DNA of 64,000 nucleotides from Syncephalis fuscata S228 (taxonomy: Eukaryota; Fungi; Zoopagomycota), in the NCBI GenBank assembly GCA_025786725.1, contig JAHLTZ010000006.1, positions 186,001-250,000 on the forward strand, written 5' to 3'. The notes beneath the pieces are model-generated. The model did no database searches and was not told the DNA's origin. It worked only from the letters and a program-made list of their open reading frames with translations. This document shows positions 13,886 through 27,307 of the stretch, one piece after another; the first letter of the stretch is position 1; each line of letters begins with the position of its first letter. Position numbers and translations under genes: made by a program.

Positions 13886-16800
13886 TATTATTAAACAACT
13901 TATTAAAAGTTTGGTATAGTTTGGGACCAAATAACTAAGCTTAATAACATTTGCGCAATCAAACTAGAATTCGCTCTATTGAACATGGTGATGATAGTGG
14001 GTGCCATCAATCATCAAATATTCATCACCATATATCCTCTATCCATCCATATCATTTTATTATATTAGATGCACTCTATTTGTTGTATACTTGACACGCT
14101 TTATTCGCTTCACTCGTTGATCTATATACATTATAGATTTATTATCACTGTTTGTATCTTTTTTAATGTATACTGTTTTATTGCATATCAACCATGCGCT
14201 ATTCATAACTGTTGTTTGTTTGCCGCCAGCTTTATTTGTTACAGAACTCAGTTTATTTTGTTCATGACGCATAAGTGTATACACAATAACTACATTACTG
14301 CTCATGTTCTTCTCACTGCCCATTACTGCTAATGTATCATAATGACATAGAATGGTTTATTACCATAATATAGATAACAAACAACATGATGTGTGTGTGC
14401 ATTACAGGTAGTGTATACCGTATATCGTAGAATAGCCATAAAGTGTTTTATAGTTAATTAAACACTAAAAACAATTGTAGACACAATGGTAATAAAACAG
14501 TCGACACCATTGTCTGTTTTATCACTATTCTAATTACATCATATAAACTTGGCAAATATAAAGTATTTTAACGGCACTTGGATGAATTGTATTAGTATAC
14601 ATGTATCTTCCATTAAGATTTGTTATAACTACCAATTGAAACTTGATTTCAATTAGTTGGTTTGTATACTGTAGAATAACCAGTGCTGATTTAAAATAAA
14701 ACTGTAGTTGGCATTACTAAACGAATAGAGCTGCCTAGTATGTTATGTATGTCATTTTAACCTATGACATACTTCACGCTTAATCGGTTGAATCCTGTAA
14801 CACAAATGCTATTCGTCAGTTTATCACATTGTAAAGATACTGCTAATAATGATGTCTATTCAATATGAGCAATAGCAATAATGATTATTTGTATCACGGA
14901 TGTAAAGAATGGTGTTTAAATAAAAGCACGGCTGTTGAATATTACACAGTAGTTATTTATACGGAAGAATAACTGCATAGTACATTGGTCTTGGACGGTT
15001 TCAGGTGAGTCATGTTTTATTGCAAAATTCGTAATCGTCACAATATAAGCCGGCCTTGCTGCTTTTGAACCAAGCATTATGTTTTTATCTCCTCTTGCTA
15101 TTCTTTGTCGCTCGATATGACCTACGCCCCTTTCTCTTACCGCTGTTTGTTGCTCGATATGCTTATCATTTTTTAAATGTCCGATAATTACAAGACCGCA
15201 GCAACTTACTGTTTTATATGCTTAAGTTTAGTAAATGAGCGTGTGAGGAGCAATGCGGTTGTGTTCTTTGGCTATGTGAGCACCATTAGATATATAGTAA
15301 ACTAGACACTATATGGTTTGGCAGCATGCATTCCAACATGCTGTATACGGTGTTAGACTGCACATAGCCAATAGGCCTTCTGTTCAGTGATATGGCGTTT
15401 GCTGTGTGTTTGTTTGTGGTAATTGCATTGCTAAGTATTTGGTGTATGGGCAGTAAAGATCTTTAGATATCGCCTATAACTAAATTGACTTGGATGTGGT
15501 GGTAGGATTAGTTGCTGTTTATATAACAGCCACTAGCTTGACCCTGTACGAACGTACATAGTGTTGCATACGGATAACGTATGCGATAGAGCCAGTGCGG
15601 TTGTGCGGGATGAGAGTAGTGGTTTGTGCGACTGGTTGAATAGTTTATCAACGTATAGGGCTGAGCTTCTGCTTGTGACGGTACAGTGACATTGCGGTTG
15701 ATGCTATGCCCAACAGTTATTTCGGATGCTTAGCAATGTGATTATGCGGCAAGCATAATTGCTATAGTTTATTTACATGTATCGTTTGCTAATGTCACTT
15801 TTAATAGATATAGATTCCAGGCATGGTTATATTCAGCAAGCATAGAATTGCAATACATCGTTTAGTCACTATTCTGCACCATTATCATTATACATGTGTA
15901 TTTTTATGAATAAATAAAGTTATTTTGCAAATATTACTGTTACAATCAGCTATATTTGATACAACTTCAGCACACTGCTTATCTTAATAGCAATAGTTTA
16001 TTTAGTTAATTGTATTATTTATTATGTTATTAGACAGCTTGTCAACAATTTAGTGTAATTCGGTAGTATTCTTACAGTTGCGATAACACTTAGTCTGTTA
16101 AAAGTGTAAAATGAATTATTCACCAAATGTGTATTAACATTTTTTGCAAAAAGTGGGCAAATGTGCAAAATGGCTAGTACCTGAAAATAAACTCGGGCAT
16201 GGTAGCACAATGGAAAAAGATTATACGTTAAAGTTTGCAAATGCACCTTAAAATAATTGAACAACATGCAAGGGCTGTGCAGCTCATGTAACAGCTTGAT
16301 AATTAAATGCAACGAATGACAAAGAAGTAAATAAGCATGCAGGAAATAAAGTGGTGTAATACTACTGATTAGCATATAATTTACGCAATGTTGCGCGTAT
16401 CGCTTGCTATGTTAACCAGATACTCAATATCAATTTAGTGAGTCATCCATCCGGAACAGCAATTGTGTAAAGAAAGTAAGACCAGTTTCACCTATACAAA
16501 ATCGTCATTATGGCAGCAGCATGTTATGTGTATTGCTGTCGCGGCGACTTTTAACGCCATTAATATTACAGCGCCGATTAATTGATTAGTTCACAACAAT
16601 CGGACCTTTAATAAATAAAATAAAGTATGTTTAGTCTTGCTGGCAACTTAACGCGTTTTTATGCAGTTTTAGTGTATATTATTCATAAATAAAGCAATAG
16701 CAATACTCGCTGTATTCCGATAGACATCTGTAACTGTGTAACTAGTGCATTGTGAAAAGAGCAAACTAGCCAGCAGTCGTATGTGACCTTCCTTTTTATT

Positions 16801-18181
16801 CGCGGCTGCTGCGTATTTTCATTGTTGCATAGCAGATTCATATTGAAGCTATTGCCATTGAATATGCCATCGAATACAAATAGCTACCGTTTTTTTGAAC
16901 ACCATGACGTCGTGCTCTACATGCGGCGTTTTATGGATGATAAAGAGGTAGTCCTCCTGGCAAGTACTTGTCGTCTTCTGTATCGGACGATGGCCAATCG
17001 TCCCGACTATTGGAAGCGACAGTACAGACGGACGTTTTCATTAGGCGATCCAAAGGAACAAGAGTGGATCAAATGGTACAATTGGAATATGAATGCCATA
17101 CCAAACTCTACTCCTTCATCGTCTACTTCTAGTCTTGAGCCTGCGTCATGGTTTCAAGCCTACCAGCGACGCCAACAGGTTGATTGCAACCTAATGGCAG
17201 GCCAATTCGAAAGAAGAAACTGCCAACTACCGGTCGATAAATGTGATCAACTGAAATTGGTTGATTTAAATCCTTGGCATGTGCTGGCACAAGACAAAGA
17301 AGCATCGAAGCTATGGTCTATTCAGCATGGCTGTTTTGGCGATGATGATGAACACAGCAACGAAGAACTGGCCTGCAACGAGCTGACCATTCCTTTGCCC
17401 GCATCATTATTTACCGGTCAACCTCGAATCAAGACTGTCTATGGAACACATCAGTTTGTGTTGGCTGGTGTTTTCATAGACACATATGAAGATTTAGCTT
17501 CCATTTACGCATGCGATCCAATAAGCAAGTAGTAATGGCAATTTTAACGATAATACTAAATATTTATTAATACTGTTATATAGTGAGTATTGATGATATA
17601 GAAGCACAACACATATTAAAAAATAGCTAGAAAATCCAGTTGCTTTATATGAACACACACCTACTATTTCAACAACCGAACCTTCAAAGAACAAGAAAGT
17701 TGGCCGCAAAAGGTCATTTTAGTATGGTCTGTTACTGACTGCTCATCTCCAAAAGTTATTCAGCTTCAACGCGAAAATGGAGGAGTGCGCCATGAAGAGC
17801 GACTGGACTTGGCTGACATTTATAACGAATGGGTCCTTTTCCGCACCATCAATATCGAAGAACAATATTATCGATTCGATCTATTTGATTTGGATGGCAA
17901 TCGATGGGTACAAGGTCCAGCAGTAATCGATAACATTTCACGCGCCTGTATCCAATTCGCTTCTCCCGACAAATGCCAGTTTTTAACATGGACAGTAATG
18001 TCCGGATCTGCAAATGAGGCTGCTTCTACGGCAGCAGCAGCTCACCATTCCGAAACTATTGGCAGCGATCGTGAAAGAACGCACATCCAATGGGAGCTAC
18101 TAGAGGCTCAGAAAGGTCATTTGCAGTGTAAGGCGATATTATCAGGTCAAATCGCCATTCCATACTGCCTGGACGTCATCA
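13886..18181 (+). repeat. Right arm of the large inverted duplication (homology probably continues past 18181)
   Basis: Reverse complement of 1-4306 with scattered substitutions and a net loss of about 10 bases (paired coordinates sum to 18192 at the inner end and 18182 at the outer end). Confidence 0.97.
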
Positions 18182-18807
18182 TTAAGGTCGAGATGTATTC
18201 AAACAAAATGTGTTTAGTCATGGCAAAAAGCTTTTTCCATCCAAAATATGGCACTGTATTATCACTGCTCGTATTCGGAAAATTTGCATCGGACAATGTG
18301 CCAGAGTCAATATTCGACTCCAGCGATTATTGCCAGTCACTGCCAATTGATAGCTCTAAACAAGGACGTATATTATGGCAGCGAAAGATAGATAGCGACA
18401 ACATTACAAAGTTATTCAGCAAAAAACTGATTATTGTCAATACTGGTGAAAACTATAGAGTGCTGGATGCTTGCAGTGGAAATAGCCTGCTTGTAGTTAT
18501 TTATCCGTACCACGAAAGACTTGCGCCTTTCCTTGGGTCTTTGTGCGCCATGGTCGGCAACAAGATAGAGAAAATTTGGTTTACTGATATGAAAACCCGC
18601 CAGTATTACGAAGCACCGCCATGCCTTACTGGCAGACGAGTTCGTGACGCCAATGCTACAACTCGAGGTCTTGTTAGAGTAGAAACTAGCAACTTTCCAG
18701 GTTTTGAAATAGAGTCTGAATGGTCGAACTATCATATATCAAGTGCCGTCTTTGGTCGAATTGCCAAAGAAGAAGGCAATGTTGCCTACAAAGCTTATAT
18801 GTTATAA
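16864..18807 (+). CDS. F-box-like protein, copy B (about 628 aa if repaired); GC-AG intron 17525-17583; two 1-nt deletions (~17625, ~17689) break exon 2, so either a pseudogene or an assembly error
   Basis: Compared with copy A: AAAAAATAAGCTAG becomes AAAAAATAGCTAG (premature TAG at 17628) and TCAAAGGAAC becomes TCAAAGAAC. The rest of exon 2 is the 340-aa ORF 17785-18807. Confidence 0.7.
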
Positions 18808-18981
18808 AGAGCTTTAATTGCAAACTCTTATTGTAAATAAAATTTGTATTACATCTATTGAATATCCAAATTGAATAGTCCATTAAGTATGCAAAAGTAA
18901 TACCATAATAATAATGATATTTTTATTAGCAGTTTATTGGACACTTAGTGTAATTGGAGCAAATGAATAAACTTGATAACA

Positions 18982-19920
18982 TTCGCGTAATTGAACTACA
19001 CATTTAATCTATTGAACATGGGACAAGTGGTGAGTTTTACTTAATCATTACATCATCACATTTATTGTTTGTTTGATGGTAAATGACTAACAACTAATAA
19101 CATCCAACCTATTGAACATGATGATGGGTGGTGAGTGACATCAATCATCAAATACTCATCATAATAGATTCATTATCCAGTATGCATATAACTAGTATTT
19201 ATATCATTTCCATTCTATTACATACTACTATATAATACTCTATGACATACTAGACACATTCTATTTTTTATATATTCTGATATACTTTGCTTATTCCCGT
19301 CATTGCATTATACACATTCTTCCCATTGTGTACTCATTCTATCCTATGTCATTTCATGCTCACCTAGCCTTCCTCTATCCAAAACAGCTTTTATGTTTGT
19401 TCTAGTCTTATTATTGATAAAGCCCGACTAATGTTGCTCATTCGCTTACTAGCCTATATGCAATGTAGCTTTAACACAGCTAATCGCCACTTCATCTTGT
19501 ATATTCATCACATTGCTTTATTGTCTAATAACTACGTGCTACCTAGTGCCGTTGTCCGTTTGGTTCTAGCTTTATCCTTGATAAAAGTCTATTCATTTCA
19601 ACTTATTTATTCATCAAAGCATATGTATTCGGGATATATAGCAAATATAATGTATCCAATATGTCATAGAATAATAATGGTATAAGTGAATAAAGTATAT
19701 GTGTATACTGGACATATGCATACTGATAATGAATCTACAATGATGAGTATTTGATGATTGATGTCACTCACCACCCATCATCATGTTCAATAGGTTGGAT
19801 GTTATTAGTTGTTAGTCATTTACCATCAAACAAACAATAAATGTGATGATGTAATGATTAAGTAAAACTCACCACTTGTCCCATGTTCAATAGATTAAAT
19901 GTGTAGTTCAATTACGCAAA
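18982..19920. mobile_element. MITE-like non-autonomous element with ~205-bp terminal inverted repeats, each containing two stacked CTATTGAACATG modules
   Basis: 18982-~19189 is the reverse complement of ~19713-19920. No coding capacity. A second copy lies at 33343-34192. No target-site duplication could be established. Confidence 0.85.
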
Positions 19921-21386
19921 TAACAATAAATATGACTATTTAACTGCAACTTTAACACAATTATCATTACTACAAACACCATACTATTACTTTGCATGAC
20001 TGGAACTATCATACACACTGCCTTCTTTCTCTACCACCATTCTCGCGGTCATTTCAGTATATAGTAAGGTTGGAGTAACTATATCTGTGTCATTTAACTT
20101 CTTTTAATTCTGTTTAATTAAATGAGACAGCTTTTCTGTTGGTTTTCACTATTATCAATATCAAGTAAACAATACATTAGCATTTAAATATCAATTAACA
20201 CAATTACGATAATCATCTATCATTGACACTGAAAGCAAACGTTTATCAATTCATTCACAATGTTGTATCGACTAAAAAGCCTTAACAAAACTTCAAATAC
20301 AAAGAAAGAGTGTGAATGGCACATATCAAACAATGGAGCATGCGCTGCCACCACCATCACGACAATTACTGCAGTAATAGTACGAATAGTAGGAGAAACG
20401 AGAGCTTGTATCGGTGCGTATCAATAAGTAATCAACGCAAACAGAAATAAAAGAAAAAGAGAAATGAAGAGTAGAAGAAGAAAAACGCCGAAAGAAACAA
20501 CACGGAGAACAAATAAATGAACGAATAAGTAGATGTGTTATCGGTGTGGTGCGTATGTGCGTGCAGCACTACACGGCTAGCGTGTAATATATGCTGAACA
20601 ATAAAACCATATACAATCAAAAACAACATGCGATACAATCGACACGACTGAAATGTGATATGCATTGGAAGAATAATGGCCACAAAAGGGAGCGAAAAAA
20701 GATTAGGAAGCGATCAGCATGAAGATGGTAGCCGCAAAGCGAAAAGTAATATGATAACAAGCACATCGAGTGCCAAAACAACTTTCAACGTATTTAACAT
20801 CGATGACAAGCAGCATAAAAGGTGATACCTAGATAACTAGATAGCTAAAAAGTAGATAGAAATAGAGAAGCGAAACTAGACCGGATAGATTATCGTTGGT
20901 CGTTGATAGCATCAAGAATAAAAGTGGTAGGATCGGTAATGACTAGGACGTGGCCATAATGATAGTGGTGGTGGTGTGTGTTTAATAATGATGACAAGTG
21001 CGAGAGAAAAGGTATACACAACTGCCAGCAATTGTGCAGCTGGCCACAGCCAAAAAGGGACCTGCGACCAGCGCGGGCAAGTCCATTTGCGTATTCTAGA
21101 TCTGTCACACGCGCAGAAATAGAATATTGCAAAGGACATTAACAATGGAGTCTAATAATATATAATAATAGTATAACGGTGGTATAAAAACTAATAAAGC
21201 GGTGACGTCCAAAGTTGACTTCCATAAGTAACAGAAAGAATAAAAACCAATACCAAGTGTATTATCATCGTAAAGATTAATAATGAATATGGTATTAATA
21301 TTTGTATACTAATATAACTGAATAATGTATGAAAAGTCACGCTGCCGATAAACTAAAACAGCTGCGTACAGAAAAAAACAACACCG

Positions 21387-23900
21387 TTACGTATGCTTAG
21401 GACCGTCAAGTAGACTAAAGAATTCATCGGGTACCGAAGGTGTAAAGTCTTTGCCACCGCTGTTCTTGCCCCAACATACGCCCATTTCATTGTTTGATGG
21501 GACGGAGAAAGGAAGCATATGAGCTGAATCCACGAGTTCCTGTACATCGTTAGGATCACCAGCACCTTCACCACGTGCATCACGATCTAGATCGCGTACA
21601 CTACGCACACTGCTAACTGTGCACAGATCGGCATCGTCGGTAGGCGGCTGTTCACCAGCAGGCAATGCTTGTTGTGCTGTTGCGTCGGATACTGCTTCAA
21701 TGTAGCGACGAACATCGCCGGTAACACGGGCTTCGCCGATTTCGTAGCGATACATGCGTACGGCACGCATTAACTGCAGTGCATTAAGTTGGTCAAGTGC
21801 CTTGATTGTTTCAACGTAGGCTTCAACTTCGCGTAATTGCGACATGCATTGCAAGAATTGCAAAAGCTGTGTGACGGGCGCAATACGTGTCAATAACGAG
21901 GTAGGCAAATGATTAGAGCGAACCCATGACTCGAGTTCAGACAGGTTCATTCGGATTTGCATAGCCTTTGAGCGACTGCATAATGCACGGTCGGTCAATA
22001 TACCGTTAAATAGCTCGGAATTAATGTAGTAAAGCAGCTGTGTCGTCGCTTGGTGAATAAGCGATGGGTGAACTTCGTAAGTTTGTAGCACGAAAAGCGA
22101 CGAGCTTAGCAAGGCTGTCACTGATCGTGGTGTAACTGATGCTTGTGGCGTAAATGAGCGACGGAAAGAAATGCGTCGATTCATAGGACTAGACGGGCGA
22201 ATTGCATAACTGCCGCTAATTGTTTTTGACCGGTGAAGGAAGCGAGCATTGGCAGCACTTACGCTATCGTTGGCCGACGTTTGTGAGAAAGAATTGTCGT
22301 TTTTAAGGTTGAATAAAAAGCTGCGTCGACTTTCACGTTCAAACTTTAAATCCTCCAATGGAATCGGGTCGTGCATAAGAATGGCCGTATTGAGCACGGC
22401 CGATAGACGAGCTTGCACGTCACGTACCAATAAAATATACGTTTCTTGAATAATTTCGGATAATCGGCATTGATAATTGACGGTCACACCAACGAGACCG
22501 GCATCTTTCCGAAGATAGTAAAGTAGCTGTGTGCAATTAGATAGCCAAAAAGCAAGGAATGGCACCTCATTGCTACGGGCCTGTGTCATCTTGGAGATTG
22601 TTTCAACGGCAGTGCCGAGTAATTCGTCCAATAAATCCGACATGCCAAAGCTATTAGCGTAGCGTGCAGCCAAGAAAAGCACATTGGCTGGTGTGGCGCG
22701 CTTTTCACGCGAACACAGCGGCTTCATGTCGCGTACAAGAATGTCGATAAGCTTTTGTACGTGATTTGGTGAAAATACCAGCATTTGTGTAGGCAGGCAA
22801 TTTTCCCAGTCAAATTCAAGTGGAATATCGTCTTCGTCCTCTTCTTCATCGTCGAAACCAAGCGAATCAAGGTCCATATTAAGTTCGCTGGCATTGGCAA
22901 GTGCGCGTTTTAGTGCTGCCTCAGTTTCCATAACTGACATTTCTGGGTCAAACCCAATAGGCATAGCCTCGCCTTGCAAATAGTACGAGTTATCTTCGCG
23001 CCAGTTATAGCCAACAGGACTATTGCCGCGTAGACCACCGCCACGAGGTGACGCAAATGCTTCAATCAGCTTTTCGTTTGATGCACCTTCGTGGTTAAAG
23101 CCGTGTTTGACATATTGCAAGACTGTACGACCAGTAGCCGAACGCTTATTGGTAGATGCGCCATTATCAAGTAGTAATTTAACAATGCGCTCGTGGCTAT
23201 TGTTTGTAGCCCACATAAGTGCACTCCAGCCAACTAAATATCAAGATAATAAACGTATATATTAGTTAGTTAATAATTTATTATCGCTTATTAATGTTAT
23301 AGTATACGTACATCGATCTTGGGCATCAACATTGGCGCCGGCACGCAATAAAGCCTTAGCAACGTCCAAATAGCCGAAACAGGCCGAGTAGATGAGCGGT
23401 GTTGTGCCATCTTCATCCTGTGCATCCGGATCGATCCAGTGACGAGCATCGACGTTTTCAAGTAGCTCACAGACACGCTTATCATCGCCGCTTGAAGCAG
23501 CACGCGATAAAAGACGCGACATTTTAGCACGCTTCATTTCGTCAGCCATTGATTCATCGGCTAAAATGTCGTGTTCATTGGCAAATTGATCTGGATCAAC
23601 AACGCCTGGTGTGCTATAATCGATTGGTTTGATTTCAAATGTGCTAATAGAAGTAGCAGCCGCCTCTTCATCAACAATATTGTTTTCATTTGAAATAGGA
23701 TCATCGCCAGATGCTGAAGACGAAGAGCTGTGATTGTCCAGTTCAGGCTCCGATAAAGCCAATTCAACATTAGATTCAGAATGTTGATCGTGGTGGTGGT
23801 GGTGTTCATGTTCAGACAACATTTTGTCACCAAAGGCAGTAGTGTCCATATTAGACACGGCAGTGATAACGTCTATAGTGCTGTCGGGTGACATACTCAT
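21387..23900 (-). CDS. Ankyrin-repeat and DIL (dilute) domain protein; intron 23234-23311
   Basis: Ankyrin repeats (DEDGTTPLIYSACFGY, DRFGWSALMWATNN, SATGRTVLQY). DIL-domain features LAFWLSNCTQLLYYL and LCSRSKAMQIRMNLSELESW...QLLQFLQ...LNALQL...YRYE. Confidence 0.88.
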
Positions 23901-26900
23901 TTAAAACCGATAGCTGCAAATAATGCACTTAGGCAATAATTGAAATATTGCTAAACTGTAAAACCGGCTATTACTGCAAAACAACAAAACACAAATTGGT
24001 TCAGGTTATGCTGCTGCTGATAATAGCTGGTTGGTTACGATAAAGAATTGGTGTTGGTTGGTTAAGTTGATAAGTGACCGAGGCCGGCGGCACCGAGCTT
24101 GAACACTACTATGACTAGACAATACAACAAAAATAGTCAGTATTGGTAATTAGTAATTACGAGTATATCACTCTATCAGATGATGCATCAATAATAGGAC
24201 TAGGCAGGGGCCAATTTAAAGCAATTAAACTAACAAATAGCAATACGTGCCAGTATATGCTTACATACGCTATATATGTCCAAAAGAAAAAGAGATGACA
24301 AATACAAGTCGTCAAAGTTTACAATAATTGTAGTGAAATAGACTAGAGGTTGCCAAGCGGAGTCAGCTCATGTCAAATAGGCGTTGAACCAAATAGCATT
24401 GCATGTTTTGTCGTCGTTGTTATGACGGCTATGTTTGTTGACAAATACTGCAAAACAAAAGAACAAAGAAGATATGACCCTTGTTTGTTCAACGTTACAT
24501 AAAAAGGATGGAGTTATAGACTTGTGCGTTGTCTGTTACTCAGTAGGATATGCAGCAGTGTAGAAAGTTAAGATGACCATTAATAAAAAGCGACATGTAA
24601 CTACTCAGCAATTCAGCGGAGACTATAGTCTTGCCTATTGTCGCCGCTCTATCACTTTGCCCGTCAAAAATAAACAATAACAATAGCCGTGATGACGACA
24701 ACGACAAAAAGTATGGCAAAAACACCTACCAATGCCAATAAAGTGAACGCAGTGGACGCAAGCGTCGATGCCGAATAATGAATAAGCGACAACAGGTGAT
24801 GAACAATAAAAGATGGTACCAGTCAACGCAATGACCGATAAATCAGTAAAAAAATTGAGATGATGTAGCCAGAACCGCTGTAGCTGCAAAGGGCGTCAGA
24901 AGGAAGAAGGAAAAGCAACTGCAGTCGTTCGTATCTCGCACTCACTTTCTTTCTTTCTTCTCTGTGTGGATTGAAATATTTCTCAATTGAGAAAGGCGAG
25001 GGGGAAAACACAAGCTTGGGTGGTGGATAAAGAATGAAGAATGAGTGACTGAGTGAATACATTCATAAGATTAATATAGATAATTCTATCTTTCACTCAT
25101 TCTCTGTAAAACTACAACAGGTCAACTGATAACTGCCCCAATCAAGCAGTCAGCCAGATTAATTATAACTATTCACATCATCCATGCGTTATCCTTGCTA
25201 TGATTACTCAAACAGTCTGAATTAATGGCACCATTGCCCAAAACTATGGAGTAAAAGCCTTTGTCGCCTTAAGCAACTAACACTGAATCCACCATACCGG
25301 CTGTTGTTACCACTCTCTATTTCTCACTCTCTATCCTATGCATTATCGCTGCCATTCAAGGCATTGACATCATAATTATCTCCGCCACATGGAGTAGACA
25401 GTTATGATCAGCAACGAGGGGTTTGGTTGTACCAAGTAGGTCTGTGTGTCTCTCTTTCCAACATGCGGTAGCCATGTGAAGATAGAACAATACTTTACCA
25501 ATCTTACAATAAAATAGATCATCTTATTATCTTATTGTGATGGCTATAATTACTATAAGCTTGTCTATTGTGCTTATTTGTATGATTCACCAAAGTGCAG
25601 CCATCTAAGTTGTCTATTCAAATAGTAGAAATGAATAGTATGGCATGCAGTATAAATCAAGGGTGTCAAGTAATGTAATGACTGCTGTAGCATGTGGCAG
25701 TGCGTGCCTCTGTGTGCAGCAAATTGTTTTTTAGTCAGGTGCGTGTCTGTGTATTGACACATGTCTATCGCGCTCTTTATGACGGCCACTGTGGTCACAA
25801 TAGCGCCCCTTTCAAGTTATAATCGATTATTGTATCCATGATCGAACTATGCTCGTACGAATATACAAATATCAACACTATACCACTTCTCTCATCCTCC
25901 TTATCCTCCTTTCCACTCATCGCTTGTTGTTTGATAGCAAGTACTTTGTTGATTATATTGAAAATAAACGAGATCCCAATCAACAACGCTTTTATAAATA
26001 ACTACTTACTTGTCCTTGAATGATGTGACGCCAAAAGTATCGGTCACAATAGCGAGAATAGTGCTCAAAATACGTCTATTCGATAAAACCAACAGTGTAA
26101 TAGTTAGAGCAGTGGCTGTAATAGTAGTAGAAATAGTAGAAGTTGTAAAGTAAAAGTTGTAGCAGTTGTAGTTGTAGTTGTAGTCGTTGTAGAGTAAGTA
26201 AAAGAAAGCTATTAGAAAGAGAAACAACTAGGCCTCCTTATGCACGTTAGCTGCGTGTGCAAATGTTGTAGTTATTTGCGGATGTATGACCACGCAAAAA
26301 ACTGATAACTAAGCACTGTAACCACCACACCAATCGATATCAAGGTAGAGGATGTGTGAGGATGTGTGAATGGTCAATGAGTGGGTGACACGCTGCGTAT
26401 TGATTCTCAATAAAATATGCGTGGTAATATGTGCGCGTGCGTGCGTGCCTGTCTGCTGTTGCTTTGCCTGTCTGTCTGTCTGTTGTTTGTCGTTCTTGTC
26501 GTTCTTTCTGTCTTCTGTTGGTAAAAACCGGTCAAAGTAAAGCACACGATAATTTGCTATCGTTGCTATTGTTACTGGTGATAGTAGTGTTGGGAACAAG
26601 AATACCGATAATCGTTGTCATCAAATTGAGAAAATGGCTGCCCATTCAAGTTGAGCACATGAATACCGGCCTATTAAATAAAAAGTCCCCTTGACTAGAA
26701 ATGGATCGTAACGATGTATGTGTGTTGTGTGTTGTGTGTGCGTGTAGAGGTGCCCTTTCTCTTTAACTGCAGTGCCATATTTGGAATAGGCGGAGTTCAA
26801 GGATGTTTGTGTCGCGGGTACACGTGAAACTTTGGCAAACTCCTTGATTTCATTTGGGTGCCAGATTCATAACAATGACCTGTATAAACAGGAATATATA

Positions 26901-27307
26901 AGAATGACACTGCTAACGATAAAGAGAAGAATATCAGTGATGAATTTTATCAATATCCATTGTACTTTTGGCCCTTATAAGTAACTTTGTATTCGGACTT
27001 TTACGATAAACAAGACAAATAGCAAAAGAAAATCCCTTACAGCTTAATAAATAGCAAAACAAAGGACTATTCTCCTAAATACTGTTTTAGCCTAGTCTTT
27101 TACTGCCAAACACAGTATCGGCTTATTTTAAAGAGTATTCATGTTTTCTATTAATAAGTGCTTTTGTTCGTTTGACTGATGATTCAAGTATAATGCAATA
27201 AACAGTGCAAATAGTAGTAATAACTTTATCATAACCAATGACTATCAATGGATAGTATTACAAATATATAGAATATATATACATTAGTTCTTAAATAGCA
27301 AACTAGC

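Noticed and set aside
18976-19925. TAACA as a 5-bp target-site duplication of the MITE
   Set aside because: TAACA is also part of the conserved TAACATTTGCG terminus in other copies (13945, 34181-34192), so it cannot be called a TSD.
23950-27300. Short ORFs and simple repeats (GTTGTA, GTCT, GT-rich) in the long intergenic region
   Set aside because: No coherent exon chain or protein motif found. Probably UTR or promoter sequence of the flanking genes.
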